The notes under the pieces are model-generated. The model did no database searches, was not told the origin of the DNA, and saw only the letters and a list, made by a program, of their open reading frames with translations. The translations under genes and the position numbers were made by a program. DNA of 64,000 bases from an uncultured Verrucomicrobiae bacterium. Lineage in GTDB: Bacteria; Verrucomicrobiota; Verrucomicrobiia; Chthoniobacterales; Chthoniobacteraceae. Shown in pieces: positions 29,296 through 39,448 of the stretch (position 1 is the first letter of the stretch; the number at the start of each line of letters is the position of its first letter). Location: the NCBI GenBank assembly GCA_963836755.1, contig CAWIKF010000002.1, positions 1,952,001 to 2,016,000 on the forward strand, given 5' to 3'.

Positions 29296-30009
29296 TTACG
29301 CGCCACGAAGACGCGAAACTTCCGGGAGCGTCAAAATTCTGTCGGCGATGTCGCTCGGATCTTTCGTAAGCAAATCGTCGACAGTCACGGAGCGGGTCAA
29401 GTCGAAGCGGCCCGATTTTGTGCGGCGCAAATTTTTCAAATGCGCTCCGCATCCAAGCTCTGCGCCAATGTCGTGCGCATAAGTGCGGACGTAAAAACCT
29501 TTGCTGCACACGACGCGAAAATCGATTTCCGGCAGCCGCACATTTTGAATTTCGTGTGCAAAGACATGCACGAAACGCGGCTCCCGCTCGACCGTTTTGC
29601 CTTGCCGCGCGAGCTTGTAAAGCGCGACGCCGTCTTTCTTGATCGCCGAAACCATCGGTGGCATCTGGTAAAAATCGCCGTCAAACTTTTTGAAAGCCGC
29701 TTCGATTTTTGCCGGCTCCAGCTCAGGCACCGGCAACGTTTTCAGCACTTCGCCATCCGCGTCCTGGCTCGCGGTGGTGACGCCGAGCCGCAGCGTGCCG
29801 ATGTATTCCTTGTCCTCGGCCATGAGCAAATCCTGGATCTTTGTCCCGCGTCCGAGGACGATGATCAACAGGCCGGTTGCAAGCGGGTCGAGCGTGCCGC
29901 AATGGCCGACTTTTCTGAAATTCAGCTGCCGGCGCACGATCGCGACGACGTCATGCGAAGTCATCGCCGGCGCTTTGTCCACGAGGAGGACGCCATCAAG
30001 TTCAGTCAT
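29296..30009 (-). CDS. truB: tRNA pseudouridine(55) synthase
   Basis: GHCGTLDPLATG, CSKGFYVR. Confidence 0.96.
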   Translation of the reverse strand: MTELDGVLLVDKAPAMTSHDVVAIVRRQLNFRKVGHCGTLDPLATGLLIIVLGRGTKIQDLLMAEDKEYIGTLRLGVTTASQDADGEVLKTLPVPELEPAKIEAAFKKFDGDFYQMPPMVSAIKKDGVALYKLARQGKTVEREPRFVHVFAHEIQNVRLPEIDFRVVCSKGFYVRTYAHDIGAELGCGAHLKNLRRTKSGRFDLTRSVTVDDLLTKDPSDIADRILTLPEVSRLRGA

Positions 30010-30979
30010 TAATTTCATCAGCGATAGCTTGTAAAACTTTGTCACGCACGTCGTTGATTGAGCCACTCGTGCGTGCGCCTGCGGCGAGTGTGTGTCCGCC
30101 GCCGCCGAAGAGTGCGCAAACTTTGCAGACATCGACGCGCGGACTTTTCGAACGAAGGCTGATGCGCACTTTTTCGCCGGGGAGTTCTTCGAAAAAAGCC
30201 GCAACAAGCACGCCATCGATCGCGCGGATGTGATCGATCAGTCCCTCAGTGTCCTCCGGTTGCGCGGCGGCGCGGTTCATCATTTCCGCCGTGAGTGCAA
30301 AGCTTGCGACACGCGAGTTGGAAGTAAATTGCAGGACGTTCAGCAGCTGACGCAATAGTTCGATGCGGCGCAGCGGATAGCTCTCATACATCTGCTGCGA
30401 AAGTTTGCCGACATTGACGCCAGCTTTGGTCAGCTCTGCGCCGATTTCGTAAGTTCGTGCGGTGGTGCTTGGATATTGAAACGAGCCGGTGTCGGTCGAG
30501 ATGGCGACAAAAAGATTTTCGGCCATCTCGCGATCGAGCGGCAGATTTTGCGATGCGAACAATTCATACAGAATCTGTCCGGTCGCTGGCGCTAATGTGT
30601 CGATGAATGCGAGATCGCCGTAACTATTGTTGCTGACGTGATGATCGATGTTGATCCAAGTCGAAGCACGTTTGACGGCCGTTAAACAAGTGCCAAGACG
30701 CTCCTGGGCGGCTGTGTCGAGCGCGATCGCGACGTCGAATTCCTGTGGCTCGGCGGGCGGCTGCATGATCAAATCGGAGCAGGGGAGGAAGGCATATTTT
30801 TTAATCATCCCGTCCTGATTCCAGACCGTCACGTCTTTGCCGAGTCGGCGTAAACAAAGAGCCATCGCGAGCTCGCAGCCCAACGCATCTCCGTCGGGTC
30901 GCACGTGGCTCATGACTACGAAGCGTTGCTGTTTGTGCAACACTGCCGCGATCTCGCCAAGCGAGCAGCTACTCTTCAT
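30002..30979 (-). CDS. nrnA: DHH/DHHA1 oligoribonuclease/pAp phosphatase
   Basis: HVRPDGD, IDHH, TDTGSF, GGGHTLAAG. Confidence 0.9.
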   Translation of the reverse strand: MKSSCSLGEIAAVLHKQQRFVVMSHVRPDGDALGCELAMALCLRRLGKDVTVWNQDGMIKKYAFLPCSDLIMQPPAEPQEFDVAIALDTAAQERLGTCLTAVKRASTWINIDHHVSNNSYGDLAFIDTLAPATGQILYELFASQNLPLDREMAENLFVAISTDTGSFQYPSTTARTYEIGAELTKAGVNVGKLSQQMYESYPLRRIELLRQLLNVLQFTSNSRVASFALTAEMMNRAAAQPEDTEGLIDHIRAIDGVLVAAFFEELPGEKVRISLRSKSPRVDVCKVCALFGGGGHTLAAGARTSGSINDVRDKVLQAIADEIND

Positions 30980-31319
30980 CCGGCGGGATTTCGATCTGGT
31001 TCAAAATTTCGATGATCCGCGCGCCGCGCTCAATCGATTCGTCGAGGCGGAAATGCAGGTGCGGCGTGTATTTTAAAATCACGCGCTTCGAGACTTCGTG
31101 CTGCAGGAGCCGCCGGTTTTCCGCGAGCTTCGTAATGACAGAATTCCGTTCCGCGTCCGACCCGATCGCGCTCACATAGACGTGCGCGTTTTTCAAATCC
31201 GGCGTGACGTCGACGCTCTGCACGGTCACGAGCGTGGCCTTGAAAGTGACTTCGCGTGGGATGATTTCGCCGAGTTCTCGCTTGAGGATTTCGTTGACGC
31301 GTTCGAGCCGATGTTTCAT
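30969..31319 (-). CDS. rbfA: Ribosome-binding factor A
   Basis: RLERVNE, VTPDLK, KYTPHLHF; follows infB. Confidence 0.95.
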   Translation of the reverse strand: MKHRLERVNEILKRELGEIIPREVTFKATLVTVQSVDVTPDLKNAHVYVSAIGSDAERNSVITKLAENRRLLQHEVSKRVILKYTPHLHFRLDESIERGARIIEILNQIEIPPDEE

Positions 31320-31388
31320 GGAATGAGAATGGTTATGACGGCTTGAGGACGACGTTTCCGTCCGCCAATCCACCGTCCGTCTGCGCGC

Positions 31389-33497
31389 TTACAGCTTCTG
31401 CGCGACCTTCTCCAGCGTGTAGCACTCGATGATGTCGCCGGGTTCGTATTCGGTGAAATCGCCGAGTTTGATGCCGCATTCGAGACCGTTGCGGACTTCT
31501 TTGACGTCGTCCTGGAAACGACGCAGCGTCGCGATGCCGCCGTCGTAAATCGGCTGCTTCCCGCGCAGCACGCGGGCGCGGGCGGAACGCGAGATGCGGC
31601 CGTCGATGACAATGGATCCGGCGACGAGGCCGCGCGACAGCTCGAACACTTTTTTGACTTCGGCGTGGCCGATAGTCGTTTCGCGCGTCTCGGGATCGAG
31701 CAGGCCGGCCATCGCTTCCTTCACCTGATCGATCAACTCGTAGATGATCGAGTAAAGTTTGATCTGCACGCCTTCACGCTTTGCCGCGTTTGATGCGCTG
31801 TTTTCGACTTTGACGTTGAAGCCGATCACGATCGCATTCGACGCGGTCGCGAGCAAAATATCCGATTCCGTGACAGGACCGACCGCGCTGTGGATGATCT
31901 CGAGATCGATCTTTTTGCTATCGATTTGCTTGAGCGAATGGAGCAGCGCTTCGAGCGAACCTTGCACGTCGGCCTTTAAAACAACGTTTAACGACTTGCG
32001 CGCATCGGCCGCAAGGTTTTCGAACAAATTTTCGAGCGTCGCGCGCTGCGGCGCGGCGAGTTTGTCCTGACGCAAATCCTCGAGCCGTTCCTCGCTTAAA
32101 ATTTTCGCGGAGCGTTCGTTGTCCATGACGAGGAATTCGTCGCCCGCATTTGGCAATCCGGCGAAGCCAAGAATTTTCGCCGGCGTGGATGGCGGCGCTT
32201 CTTTGACGACTTTGCCTTTGTCGTCGACCAGTGATTTTACTTTGCCGGAATAATTACCGCAGATGAACGGCTGCCCGACTTTCAACGTGCCCATTCGCAC
32301 GATGACCGTGGCGGTTGGTCCGCGACCCGGCTCGATTTGCGCTTCGATGACGGTGCCGCGCGGCAGTGCGCTTGGGCTCGCTTTGAGCTCGAGCACTTCG
32401 GCTTGCAGCAAAATCATCTCGAGCAGCTTGTCGATGCCGGTGCCTTTGATTGCCGAAACCGGACAACAAATCGTCTCGCCGCCCCAATCTTCGGGCGTGA
32501 GGCCTTTTTCCTGAAGCTGGCCCTTAACTTTGTCCACATTCGCACTGACGAGATCGATTTTGTTGATCGCGACAACGATCGGCACTTTCGCGGCTTTCGC
32601 GTGGCTGATCGCTTCAAGCGTCTGCGGCATCAAACCGTCATCGGCGGCGACGACGAGCACGACAATGTCAGTGACGTTCGCGCCCCGCGCGCGCATCGCC
32701 GTGAAAGCCTCGTGCCCCGGCGTGTCGAGGAAAGTGATCGGGCTGCCGTTGTGCTCCACCGAGTAGGCGCCGATATGCTGCGTGATTCCGCCCGCTTCGC
32801 CCGCGGCGACGCTCGCCTTGCGGATGAAATCCATCAGCGAAGTTTTGCCGTGATCGACGTGGCCCATGAAAGTGACGATTGGCGCGCGCAACGCGAGCTC
32901 TTCCTTCTTCGGCGCGGGCGGCAATTTCGGCGCCTCGACAACCGCTTCGATTTTGTGAACGCCACCGCCGCGCTCGCGTTTTTCACGCTCAAAAATGAAG
33001 CCGTGTTTCTTGCAAACCGCAGTCGCGATGTCCGGCTCGATCGTCTGGTTCGGATTGGCGAAAATTCCGAGCTCCATCAAATCTTTCGTGATCTGAAAAG
33101 ACTTCAGCCCGAGCTGCGTCGCCAGATCTTTCACGATGATCGGAGGCTTGATGTGAATGATTTTTTCCTCGCCCTTTTCCGCGCCTTCATGCGTCGCAAC
33201 TTCCGCCACGGCAGGCGCAGCCGGCGTTGGCTCAGCCGCCGGCGGAGGCGTCTCCGCTGGCTTTAAGAGCGATATCGGCGGGAGAGAACTGGATTTTTTT
33301 TCGCCGTCGGCCGTGACCGGTTTGCGGACCCGTTTTTCTTTCGGCTCGATGAGGGAAACGGTTTCCTTCGGCGCTTTCGGCTCGGGTGGAGGAGTCGCTT
33401 TTTCCTTCGCGGCAGGCGCGGCTTTGTGCCCTGTTATCTTTGCAGGTGCCGTGAACTTTTTCGCAGTCGGTTTGGAAGGTGTCGCTCTCGTGGCCAT
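31389..33497 (-). CDS. infB: Translation initiation factor IF-2
   Basis: [20 protein letters not shown]. Confidence 0.97.
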   Translation of the reverse strand: MATRATPSKPTAKKFTAPAKITGHKAAPAAKEKATPPPEPKAPKETVSLIEPKEKRVRKPVTADGEKKSSSLPPISLLKPAETPPPAAEPTPAAPAVAEVATHEGAEKGEEKIIHIKPPIIVKDLATQLGLKSFQITKDLMELGIFANPNQTIEPDIATAVCKKHGFIFEREKRERGGGVHKIEAVVEAPKLPPAPKKEELALRAPIVTFMGHVDHGKTSLMDFIRKASVAAGEAGGITQHIGAYSVEHNGSPITFLDTPGHEAFTAMRARGANVTDIVVLVVAADDGLMPQTLEAISHAKAAKVPIVVAINKIDLVSANVDKVKGQLQEKGLTPEDWGGETICCPVSAIKGTGIDKLLEMILLQAEVLELKASPSALPRGTVIEAQIEPGRGPTATVIVRMGTLKVGQPFICGNYSGKVKSLVDDKGKVVKEAPPSTPAKILGFAGLPNAGDEFLVMDNERSAKILSEERLEDLRQDKLAAPQRATLENLFENLAADARKSLNVVLKADVQGSLEALLHSLKQIDSKKIDLEIIHSAVGPVTESDILLATASNAIVIGFNVKVENSASNAAKREGVQIKLYSIIYELIDQVKEAMAGLLDPETRETTIGHAEVKKVFELSRGLVAGSIVIDGRISRSARARVLRGKQPIYDGGIATLRRFQDDVKEVRNGLECGIKLGDFTEYEPGDIIECYTLEKVAQKL

Positions 33498-33523
33498 GGG
33501 AAAATTTTTACCGGATTCATCGG

Positions 33524-34792
33524 TCAACCCTGGTGGATTGATGCCGCTTTTTCGTTCTCTCGCTGCGCCGCTTCGTGAATGGCGGTCGCTTTTTCCAGAT
33601 CGATGCTGAGGATGTCAGCGATGTCCTGCGGCTCCGCGCCGACGATGACTTCGATGCTGTTCATACCGGCGCTAATGAGTTCGCGAGTGCTTGCGTCCTC
33701 GAGGCCGAGCACTGAGGAAAGCGCCTGCGCAGCTTTGTTGATATTTTGCTCGAAAATTTCCTTAGCGCTTTCGTCTTTCTCGATGTTGATGTCCCAGCCG
33801 AGTAAACGCGATGTTAAACGCGCGTTTTGACCGCGTTTCCCGATCGCGAGCGAAAGCTGATCCTCGTCAACCTTGATTTGAATTGCCTTTTTTTCCGGGC
33901 TGAGCGTGACGCTTTTGATTTTGGCGGGCTTGAGCGCCTCGAGCACAAATTCCTTCGGGTCTGCACTCCATCGGATGATGTCGACTTTTTCGTTGTTCAA
34001 CTCGCGCACGATATTTTTGACGCGCGAGCCGCGCATGCCGACGCACGCGCCGACCGGATCGACTTTTTCGTTGCTGCTGTGCACCGCGATCTTCGTGCGG
34101 AATCCCGCTTCGCGCGCGATGCCGCGGATCTCGACCGTGCGGTCATTGATCTCGCTGACCTCGACTTCGAAAAGACGCCGGACGAAATTCGGATGGCTCC
34201 GCGAAAGGATGATCTCCGGGCCGCGCGGGCCGTTTTGCACTTCCAACACATAGGCGCGCAGTCGGTCGCCGATGTTGTAATCCTCCGTTTGCACGCGCTC
34301 GCGCGATGGCATGGTTGCCTCGAATTTTCCAAGGTCGATGATGACGTCCGAGCGCTCGAAACGCCGCACCGTTCCGCTGACAATCTCGCCGGCGCGGTCC
34401 TTGAACTCGTCGTAAATCATCTCCTTTTCCGCCTGCCGGATCCGCTGCATCATCGCCTGCTTTGCGGTCTGCGCAGCGATGCGGCCAAAGTTCCGCGGCG
34501 TCACCTCCACCTCGATCACTTCGCCCGGCTGCACGTCGGGCTTGATCTTTTGCGCCTTTGGCATCGCGATCTCGTCGTATTCATTTTTCACCCACTCCAC
34601 AGCCGTCAGCTTCGCAATCGCCTTGATCTCGCCGCTTTTCGGATTGATCTCGATGCGCAAATCATTCGCGGCACCGACCGATTTCTTGGACGCCGACAAC
34701 AGCGCTGTCTGCACGGCCTCTATCAGGATCTCGCGCTTGATGCCTTTCTCGCGCTCCAGATAATCCAACATTGCAATAAATTCGCTGTTCAT
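33524..34792 (-). CDS. nusA: Transcription factor NusA
   Basis: FGRIAAQTAKQ, S1/KH domains, DPVGACVG, LAIGKRGQN. Confidence 0.97.
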   Translation of the reverse strand: MNSEFIAMLDYLEREKGIKREILIEAVQTALLSASKKSVGAANDLRIEINPKSGEIKAIAKLTAVEWVKNEYDEIAMPKAQKIKPDVQPGEVIEVEVTPRNFGRIAAQTAKQAMMQRIRQAEKEMIYDEFKDRAGEIVSGTVRRFERSDVIIDLGKFEATMPSRERVQTEDYNIGDRLRAYVLEVQNGPRGPEIILSRSHPNFVRRLFEVEVSEINDRTVEIRGIAREAGFRTKIAVHSSNEKVDPVGACVGMRGSRVKNIVRELNNEKVDIIRWSADPKEFVLEALKPAKIKSVTLSPEKKAIQIKVDEDQLSLAIGKRGQNARLTSRLLGWDINIEKDESAKEIFEQNINKAAQALSSVLGLEDASTRELISAGMNSIEVIVGAEPQDIADILSIDLEKATAIHEAAQRENEKAASIHQG

Positions 34793-34812
34793 AAATTCGT
34801 AGGGCCGGGGAC

Positions 34813-34840
34813 AAAAAAAAGTGGGGGATTAAGCCCACTC
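34813..34840 (-). promoter_or_regulatory. rimP/nusA-leader-type hairpin (attenuator)
   Basis: Minus strand GAGTGGG CTTAATCC CCCAC TTTTTTTT about 20 nt upstream of nusA. Confidence 0.65.
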
Positions 34841-34863
34841 ACATTGGCACCGGCAGAAAGGGG

Positions 34864-34891
34864 AATATAGAAGCAACCGCCGATGCGTCAA
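34864..34891 (-). promoter_or_regulatory. Putative sigma70 promoter of the nusA operon
   Basis: TTGACG-16 nt-TATATT on the minus strand. Confidence 0.55.
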
Positions 34892-34922
34892 GAATTCCTC
34901 CGCATCCGTCTCGAATGCGAGG

Positions 34923-35984
34923 CTACGAGCCGGTGCGGCTCTTGATCCTCGCTATCGCTTCCTCCACAAACTTTCGCTGCTCGGTCGATAGGTCGTTCGC
35001 TGCGGCAGCCTTCTGGAATTCATCCAGCGACGGCTGCGCCTGGCCGTCCGTCGCGTAAGCTTGCCCGAGGTAAATGCGATAGCCCGAAGTGGGCGCGCCG
35101 CACTTTTCCGCGAGCTCCAGCAGCGCGCGCATCGTCTTGATCTCGCTTTGAAACGCGTGCGCGGCGTGCGCGATTTTCGCGTTCAGGAAAAGTGCAGCCG
35201 GGTCCTGGGGATCTGCGTCGGCGATGCGCTGGGAAATCTCCAGCGCTTCGTCGAAACGCCCTTGGCCTAAAAGAATTTGCGCCTTCGCATTCAGCGCAGG
35301 GCTGAAGTTCGGATCAATCGCGAGCGCTCGGTTGCAACCGTCCAGCGCCCCTTGCCATTGGCCGATCTGCGCGTGATACAACGCGAGCTGAGTGCGCGCA
35401 TCCGCCGATTTTCCATCCAGCGCGATCGCCTGATCGAGCAAACTTTTCGCGAGCTGCGTTTGCCCCAGCGCGAGAACTTTGTTCGCAACTCCCACCAGAA
35501 ACAGCGCGCGATCCGCGCCAGCGAACTTTTTTTCCAACGCCGACAAATCATCCGGCGTCCAAGCCGTCGCGGGCCGGCGTTTCCAGATCATGCTCGTCTG
35601 GTCGAGGTAAGTGAGCACCCAATCATGCGTTTCGAGCAAATGCTGCAACAGCGGCCGATACACATTCGCGTCGCCGCTCAGCAGCAGCGCATCGAAATGC
35701 AGCCGATGATCGAGCTGCCGCCACAAAACCGGATTCTGCGCCGCGAGGCCGAACGCTTTTTCCTCCGCCGGATTGAGCAGTCCCGGCCGCTTCGTGCTCA
35801 AAGTTTCGCGAGCCAGAGGCGTGTAAAAAAGCGTGCGCGCATTCAACGCATCCACGGCGAACGCTGGAGTGGTCAGGTTGGCAGAAGGCGGATGCGCCGC
35901 CCGGCGTGTCATGAAATAGGCGCCGACGATCAGGTTGATCGCCACGAGCATGAACGTGGCGGTGATGAAATTCTGCTTCCTCAA
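34923..35984 (-). CDS. Tetratricopeptide repeat protein with N-terminal anchor
   Basis: TPR-like repeats (ALAIDPNFSPALNAKAQIL); start uncertain (35952-36005). Confidence 0.8.
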   Translation of the reverse strand: MRKQNFITATFMLVAINLIVGAYFMTRRAAHPPSANLTTPAFAVDALNARTLFYTPLARETLSTKRPGLLNPAEEKAFGLAAQNPVLWRQLDHRLHFDALLLSGDANVYRPLLQHLLETHDWVLTYLDQTSMIWKRRPATAWTPDDLSALEKKFAGADRALFLVGVANKVLALGQTQLAKSLLDQAIALDGKSADARTQLALYHAQIGQWQGALDGCNRALAIDPNFSPALNAKAQILLGQGRFDEALEISQRIADADPQDPAALFLNAKIAHAAHAFQSEIKTMRALLELAEKCGAPTSGYRIYLGQAYATDGQAQPSLDEFQKAAAANDLSTEQRKFVEEAIARIKSRTGS

Positions 35985-36108
35985 AGTAAACCGAAAGTAG
36001 CGCAAAAGTTCGCGCGTTCCAAAACCTCAAATATTTTTGGCGAACCCGGACAATCATCCTTGCGTCCTGCAAACGCCCGCAGTAAATAGAGCACCCGTTT
36101 TCGCATTC

Positions 36109-36180
36109 GGGTTGGTAGCTCAATGGTAGAGCAGCGCCCTTTTAAGGCGTTGGTTGAGGGTTCGAGTCCCTCCCAACCCA
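36109..36180 (+). tRNA. tRNA-Lys (TTT)
   Basis: GGGTTGG...GCGCC CT TTT AA GGCGT...TTCGAGT...CCAACCCA cloverleaf. Confidence 0.95.
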
Positions 36181-36657
36181 CACCAGCGCTCGCGGCGGAG
36201 CCTGTCTGGAGCTAATCAGAGCCGAATCCGCCGGCGGCAACGACGAGTAGCTCACACTACAGCGCAAAACGCGGCCGGGAGACCGACTCAAAGCCAATCA
36301 CACCCGCATCCTCCGGTGCCGACCCTGATTAGCTCGGGATCGCGCCTCCGCCGACAGCGCGCGCCTTGATTAGCTCCGACCAGGTCGTCCGGAGATACTT
36401 TTTCCCATAGCGCAGCCCACGCAGCGCGGCCCGCACCGCCGCGCCTGATTTCCTGTCTCACCACCTCGCAAGCTTCTTCAGCTTGCTGTATGTCTTGCCA
36501 GAAGTTCGATTGGAATGCGAACAATGTAGTTCCTAGCTGGGGAGACATTCAAATAGCGAGAGCTGGTTCTGAGCGCCGGAAATAGATTGGCGGAGATCGA
36601 ATCGCTTGCGAATTTTCCACGCTGGACAAGCAGGCCGATTTCTCCAAGAACCACGGG

Positions 36658-38259
36658 ATGAAATGCAAAACCCCGCTGACTATCATTGTCCTGTTCTCGT
36701 TTCTGCTGAGCCCGCCTGTCGCTTACACGCATACGATTTCATGGGGCTTTGAAAATGCGGGGCCGGGCGCGATTACCGTTTGGGCCGGCTCATATCACGA
36801 CCCCTCGGAGTTGCCCACCAATCAAGGAAACGTCTTGCTCACGCCGCAAGGGGGCGGCGCGGGAATCAGCGCGCCTTTTAACATTGCGACCGGCGTGAAG
36901 CCGGCGGGACTGATCGATGGGGTGACGAACTTTTACGCCGGCGGCTTGACCTTAATCAGTGTCGACCAGGTCGCCACGGTGAATAGCTGGCAAGGCGCGC
37001 ACGTCGTCGGCCTCGCTCCCGGCTATTACACGATTCAATACGATCCCGCCTTTACCATTCCATCGACCAAATGGAGGCCGTGGGATCGATCGATACAAGG
37101 CGGCAACGTTGTCTTCATTTCCGCCGCAGTGGTTGGCGTGGTAGTGGTCGAGCACGTTGACGGCGAGGTGATTTTCTCCACCGTCAATTCCTCGCTGCCA
37201 ATGGCGGTGGCGCAGCGGGAAGTGGTGCTCTCGGGAATCGAAACCTCTCTGCGCGACGTGGACGGCCGGCTCTTTCGTCTGCGCTCCCGGACCGACGATG
37301 AAGACCCGGCGATGCCTGCCGTGGGTGAGCGCCTCGTCTCCTACGATGACAAAGGCAAGACGCAGGTGAACCAGGAACTCGCGCCGCAGCCCCGGCGTTT
37401 CGAAGTTTTCGCCTCCGGCGATTACGGCAATACCGACCGCGAAAATATCGCGGAGACTCCCGGCTTCACCGAGGATGTCTACGCGGGCACGGTCGGCATC
37501 GAGTTACGGCTCACGAAGCTCTTCACTGCCGGTTTTGCCGCGACGATCCTCGATAGCCAGAGCCACCTCGGTCGCGGCCTCGGCGATGTCGATCTCTCCG
37601 GCTTCTCACTTTCACCCTATCTTTCCTTCTTTTGGAAAAACTTTTACGCCGATGCGCTTTACAGCTTTGGCCGGTTCGAGCACGACATCCATCGCGACAC
37701 GATCTTCGGCGCCACCGCCAAGGCCGACCCCGATAGCAACAACCACGTTCTGCAATTCAACATCGGTTATAACTTCCGCCTCTCCGGCTTCGTCACCGGA
37801 CCGTTTGCCGGAGTCAACTACACCACAGGCGAAGTGAGCGGTTACACCGAGAACAACGCCGGCCGCTTCAACACCCACGTCGATGGACAAAACTATAACT
37901 CCATCCGCACCGAAATCGGCTGGCAGGTTTCGTATCCGATTCACACCAGCTTTGGCGGCATCACGCCGCAGCTCCGCGCGAGTTGGTGGCACGAGGAAAG
38001 CAACGGCGATGAAAGCGTCAGCGCCAGTCTAGTTCAGTCGCCCTTTGTCCTGACCGACGCCACGGGCTCCCATCGCATCGGCAGCTTCAGCACCAGCGGC
38101 GACACCCACGCACCGGGACGCGACGCGCTTACCGTCGGTGGAGGGATCTCCGCTGATTTCGGCAGCCGCTTCACGCTCCTCGCCGACTACCAAATCGACC
38201 TCCTGCAAAGCAACAACCTGCAGCAGTTCGTGAGCATCCGAGCCTCGCTCGGCCTTTAA
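36658..38259 (+). CDS. Autotransporter beta-barrel protein with short passenger
   Basis: Signal peptide; ~130-aa passenger; helical linker (LRDVDGRLFRLR); amphipathic beta-strand C-terminal domain. Confidence 0.85.
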   Translation: MKCKTPLTIIVLFSFLLSPPVAYTHTISWGFENAGPGAITVWAGSYHDPSELPTNQGNVLLTPQGGGAGISAPFNIATGVKPAGLIDGVTNFYAGGLTLISVDQVATVNSWQGAHVVGLAPGYYTIQYDPAFTIPSTKWRPWDRSIQGGNVVFISAAVVGVVVVEHVDGEVIFSTVNSSLPMAVAQREVVLSGIETSLRDVDGRLFRLRSRTDDEDPAMPAVGERLVSYDDKGKTQVNQELAPQPRRFEVFASGDYGNTDRENIAETPGFTEDVYAGTVGIELRLTKLFTAGFAATILDSQSHLGRGLGDVDLSGFSLSPYLSFFWKNFYADALYSFGRFEHDIHRDTIFGATAKADPDSNNHVLQFNIGYNFRLSGFVTGPFAGVNYTTGEVSGYTENNAGRFNTHVDGQNYNSIRTEIGWQVSYPIHTSFGGITPQLRASWWHEESNGDESVSASLVQSPFVLTDATGSHRIGSFSTSGDTHAPGRDALTVGGGISADFGSRFTLLADYQIDLLQSNNLQQFVSIRASLGL

Positions 38260-38261
38260 AA

Positions 38262-39314
38262 GTGGAGCTATCCGCCCGTAAATATCAGAGCGTCGTGCGC
38301 GAGGAGTTTCCTTTCGCCGCGGCGTATCTGGAGCATGGCCACATCTATCATCAGACGGATGCGTTGATCGAGGCGGGTGCGCGGCTCGAGTGGGTCTACG
38401 ATCCCGATTCGGCGAAGGTCGATGCGTTTCGAAAAAAGTATCCGCAGGCAAAGGCGGCAAGAAGCTTTGACGAGATCCTCGACGACCCGCAGATCCGTCT
38501 CGTGGCAGCGGCGGCGGTGCCTTGTGAGCGTGGCGCGATTGGTTGCCGCACGATGGAAGCTGGCAAGGATTACTTTACCGACAAAGCTCCATTTACCGCG
38601 CTCGAACAACTGGAGCAAGCGCGCAAAACGGCCGCGCGCACTGGCCGCAAATACATGGTCTACTACGGCGAGCGTTTGCACGTGGAATGCGCGGTCTTTG
38701 CAGGCGAGTTGATTGCTCGGGGAGCGATCGGCCGCGTCGTGCAAGTGCTCGGCCTCGGACCTCATCGTCTCAATGCTCCGAGCAGGCCAGGTTGGTTTTT
38801 TGAAAAACAAAAATACGGCGGCATCGTTTGCGACATCGGGAGCCATCAAGTCGAGCAATTCCTTTCGTTCGCATCAGCAAAGGACGCGAAGGTTTTGCAT
38901 TCGGCGGTGGCAAACTATGACAACCCATCGCATCCGGAACTGGAAGACTTTGGCGAAGTTTCCATGGTCAGCGACAATGGAACTTCAGGCTATTTCCGCG
39001 TCGACTGGCTTACTCCGGATGGCCTGCGCACATGGGGCGACGGGCGCACTTTCATTCTTGGGACGAACGGCTACATCGAAATGCGGAAGTGCATTGAAAT
39101 CGCGGCGGATGATCCCGCAGGCGAACAACTGCTGCTGGTGAATGATGAAGGCGAGAAACGCTTCAGCGTCGCGGGAAAGATCGGTTTCCCATTTTTCGGG
39201 CAGCTCATACAGGACTGTCTGGATAGGACAGAAACGGCGATGACGCAGGAGCATGCTTTCAAAGCCGCAGAGCTCAGCCTGGTCGCCCAAGCGCAGGCAG
39301 TGCGGTTGGCTTGA
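38262..39314 (+). CDS. Gfo/Idh/MocA family oxidoreductase
   Basis: HGHIY, AGKDYFTDKAP, DIGSHQ; start uncertain. Confidence 0.88.
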   Translation: MELSARKYQSVVREEFPFAAAYLEHGHIYHQTDALIEAGARLEWVYDPDSAKVDAFRKKYPQAKAARSFDEILDDPQIRLVAAAAVPCERGAIGCRTMEAGKDYFTDKAPFTALEQLEQARKTAARTGRKYMVYYGERLHVECAVFAGELIARGAIGRVVQVLGLGPHRLNAPSRPGWFFEKQKYGGIVCDIGSHQVEQFLSFASAKDAKVLHSAVANYDNPSHPELEDFGEVSMVSDNGTSGYFRVDWLTPDGLRTWGDGRTFILGTNGYIEMRKCIEIAADDPAGEQLLLVNDEGEKRFSVAGKIGFPFFGQLIQDCLDRTETAMTQEHAFKAAELSLVAQAQAVRLA

Positions 39315-39448
39315 ATCTGGCGGATATGCGCACGATTCCGGCGCGTTATTTCCCAGTTGCCTTTTGTGCGGGAAAATGAGAATCCTCGGATGAACTTCAG
39401 GGGTTTCTTCTCAACCTGCGGTAACTCCCCAAATCGAAATCCTGCTCA

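Noticed and set aside
797..34870. Many long antisense ORFs (e.g. 16516-17463, 25414-26439, 33827-34870) and 5' extensions of trpA, ribF, truB and guaA
   Set aside because: Shadow frames expected in high-GC coding DNA; they overlap well-supported genes or tRNAs.
36288..36732. Minus-strand ORFs after tRNA-Lys
   Set aside because: Short overlapping frames with no recognisable family; probably decayed sequence, so no product assigned.
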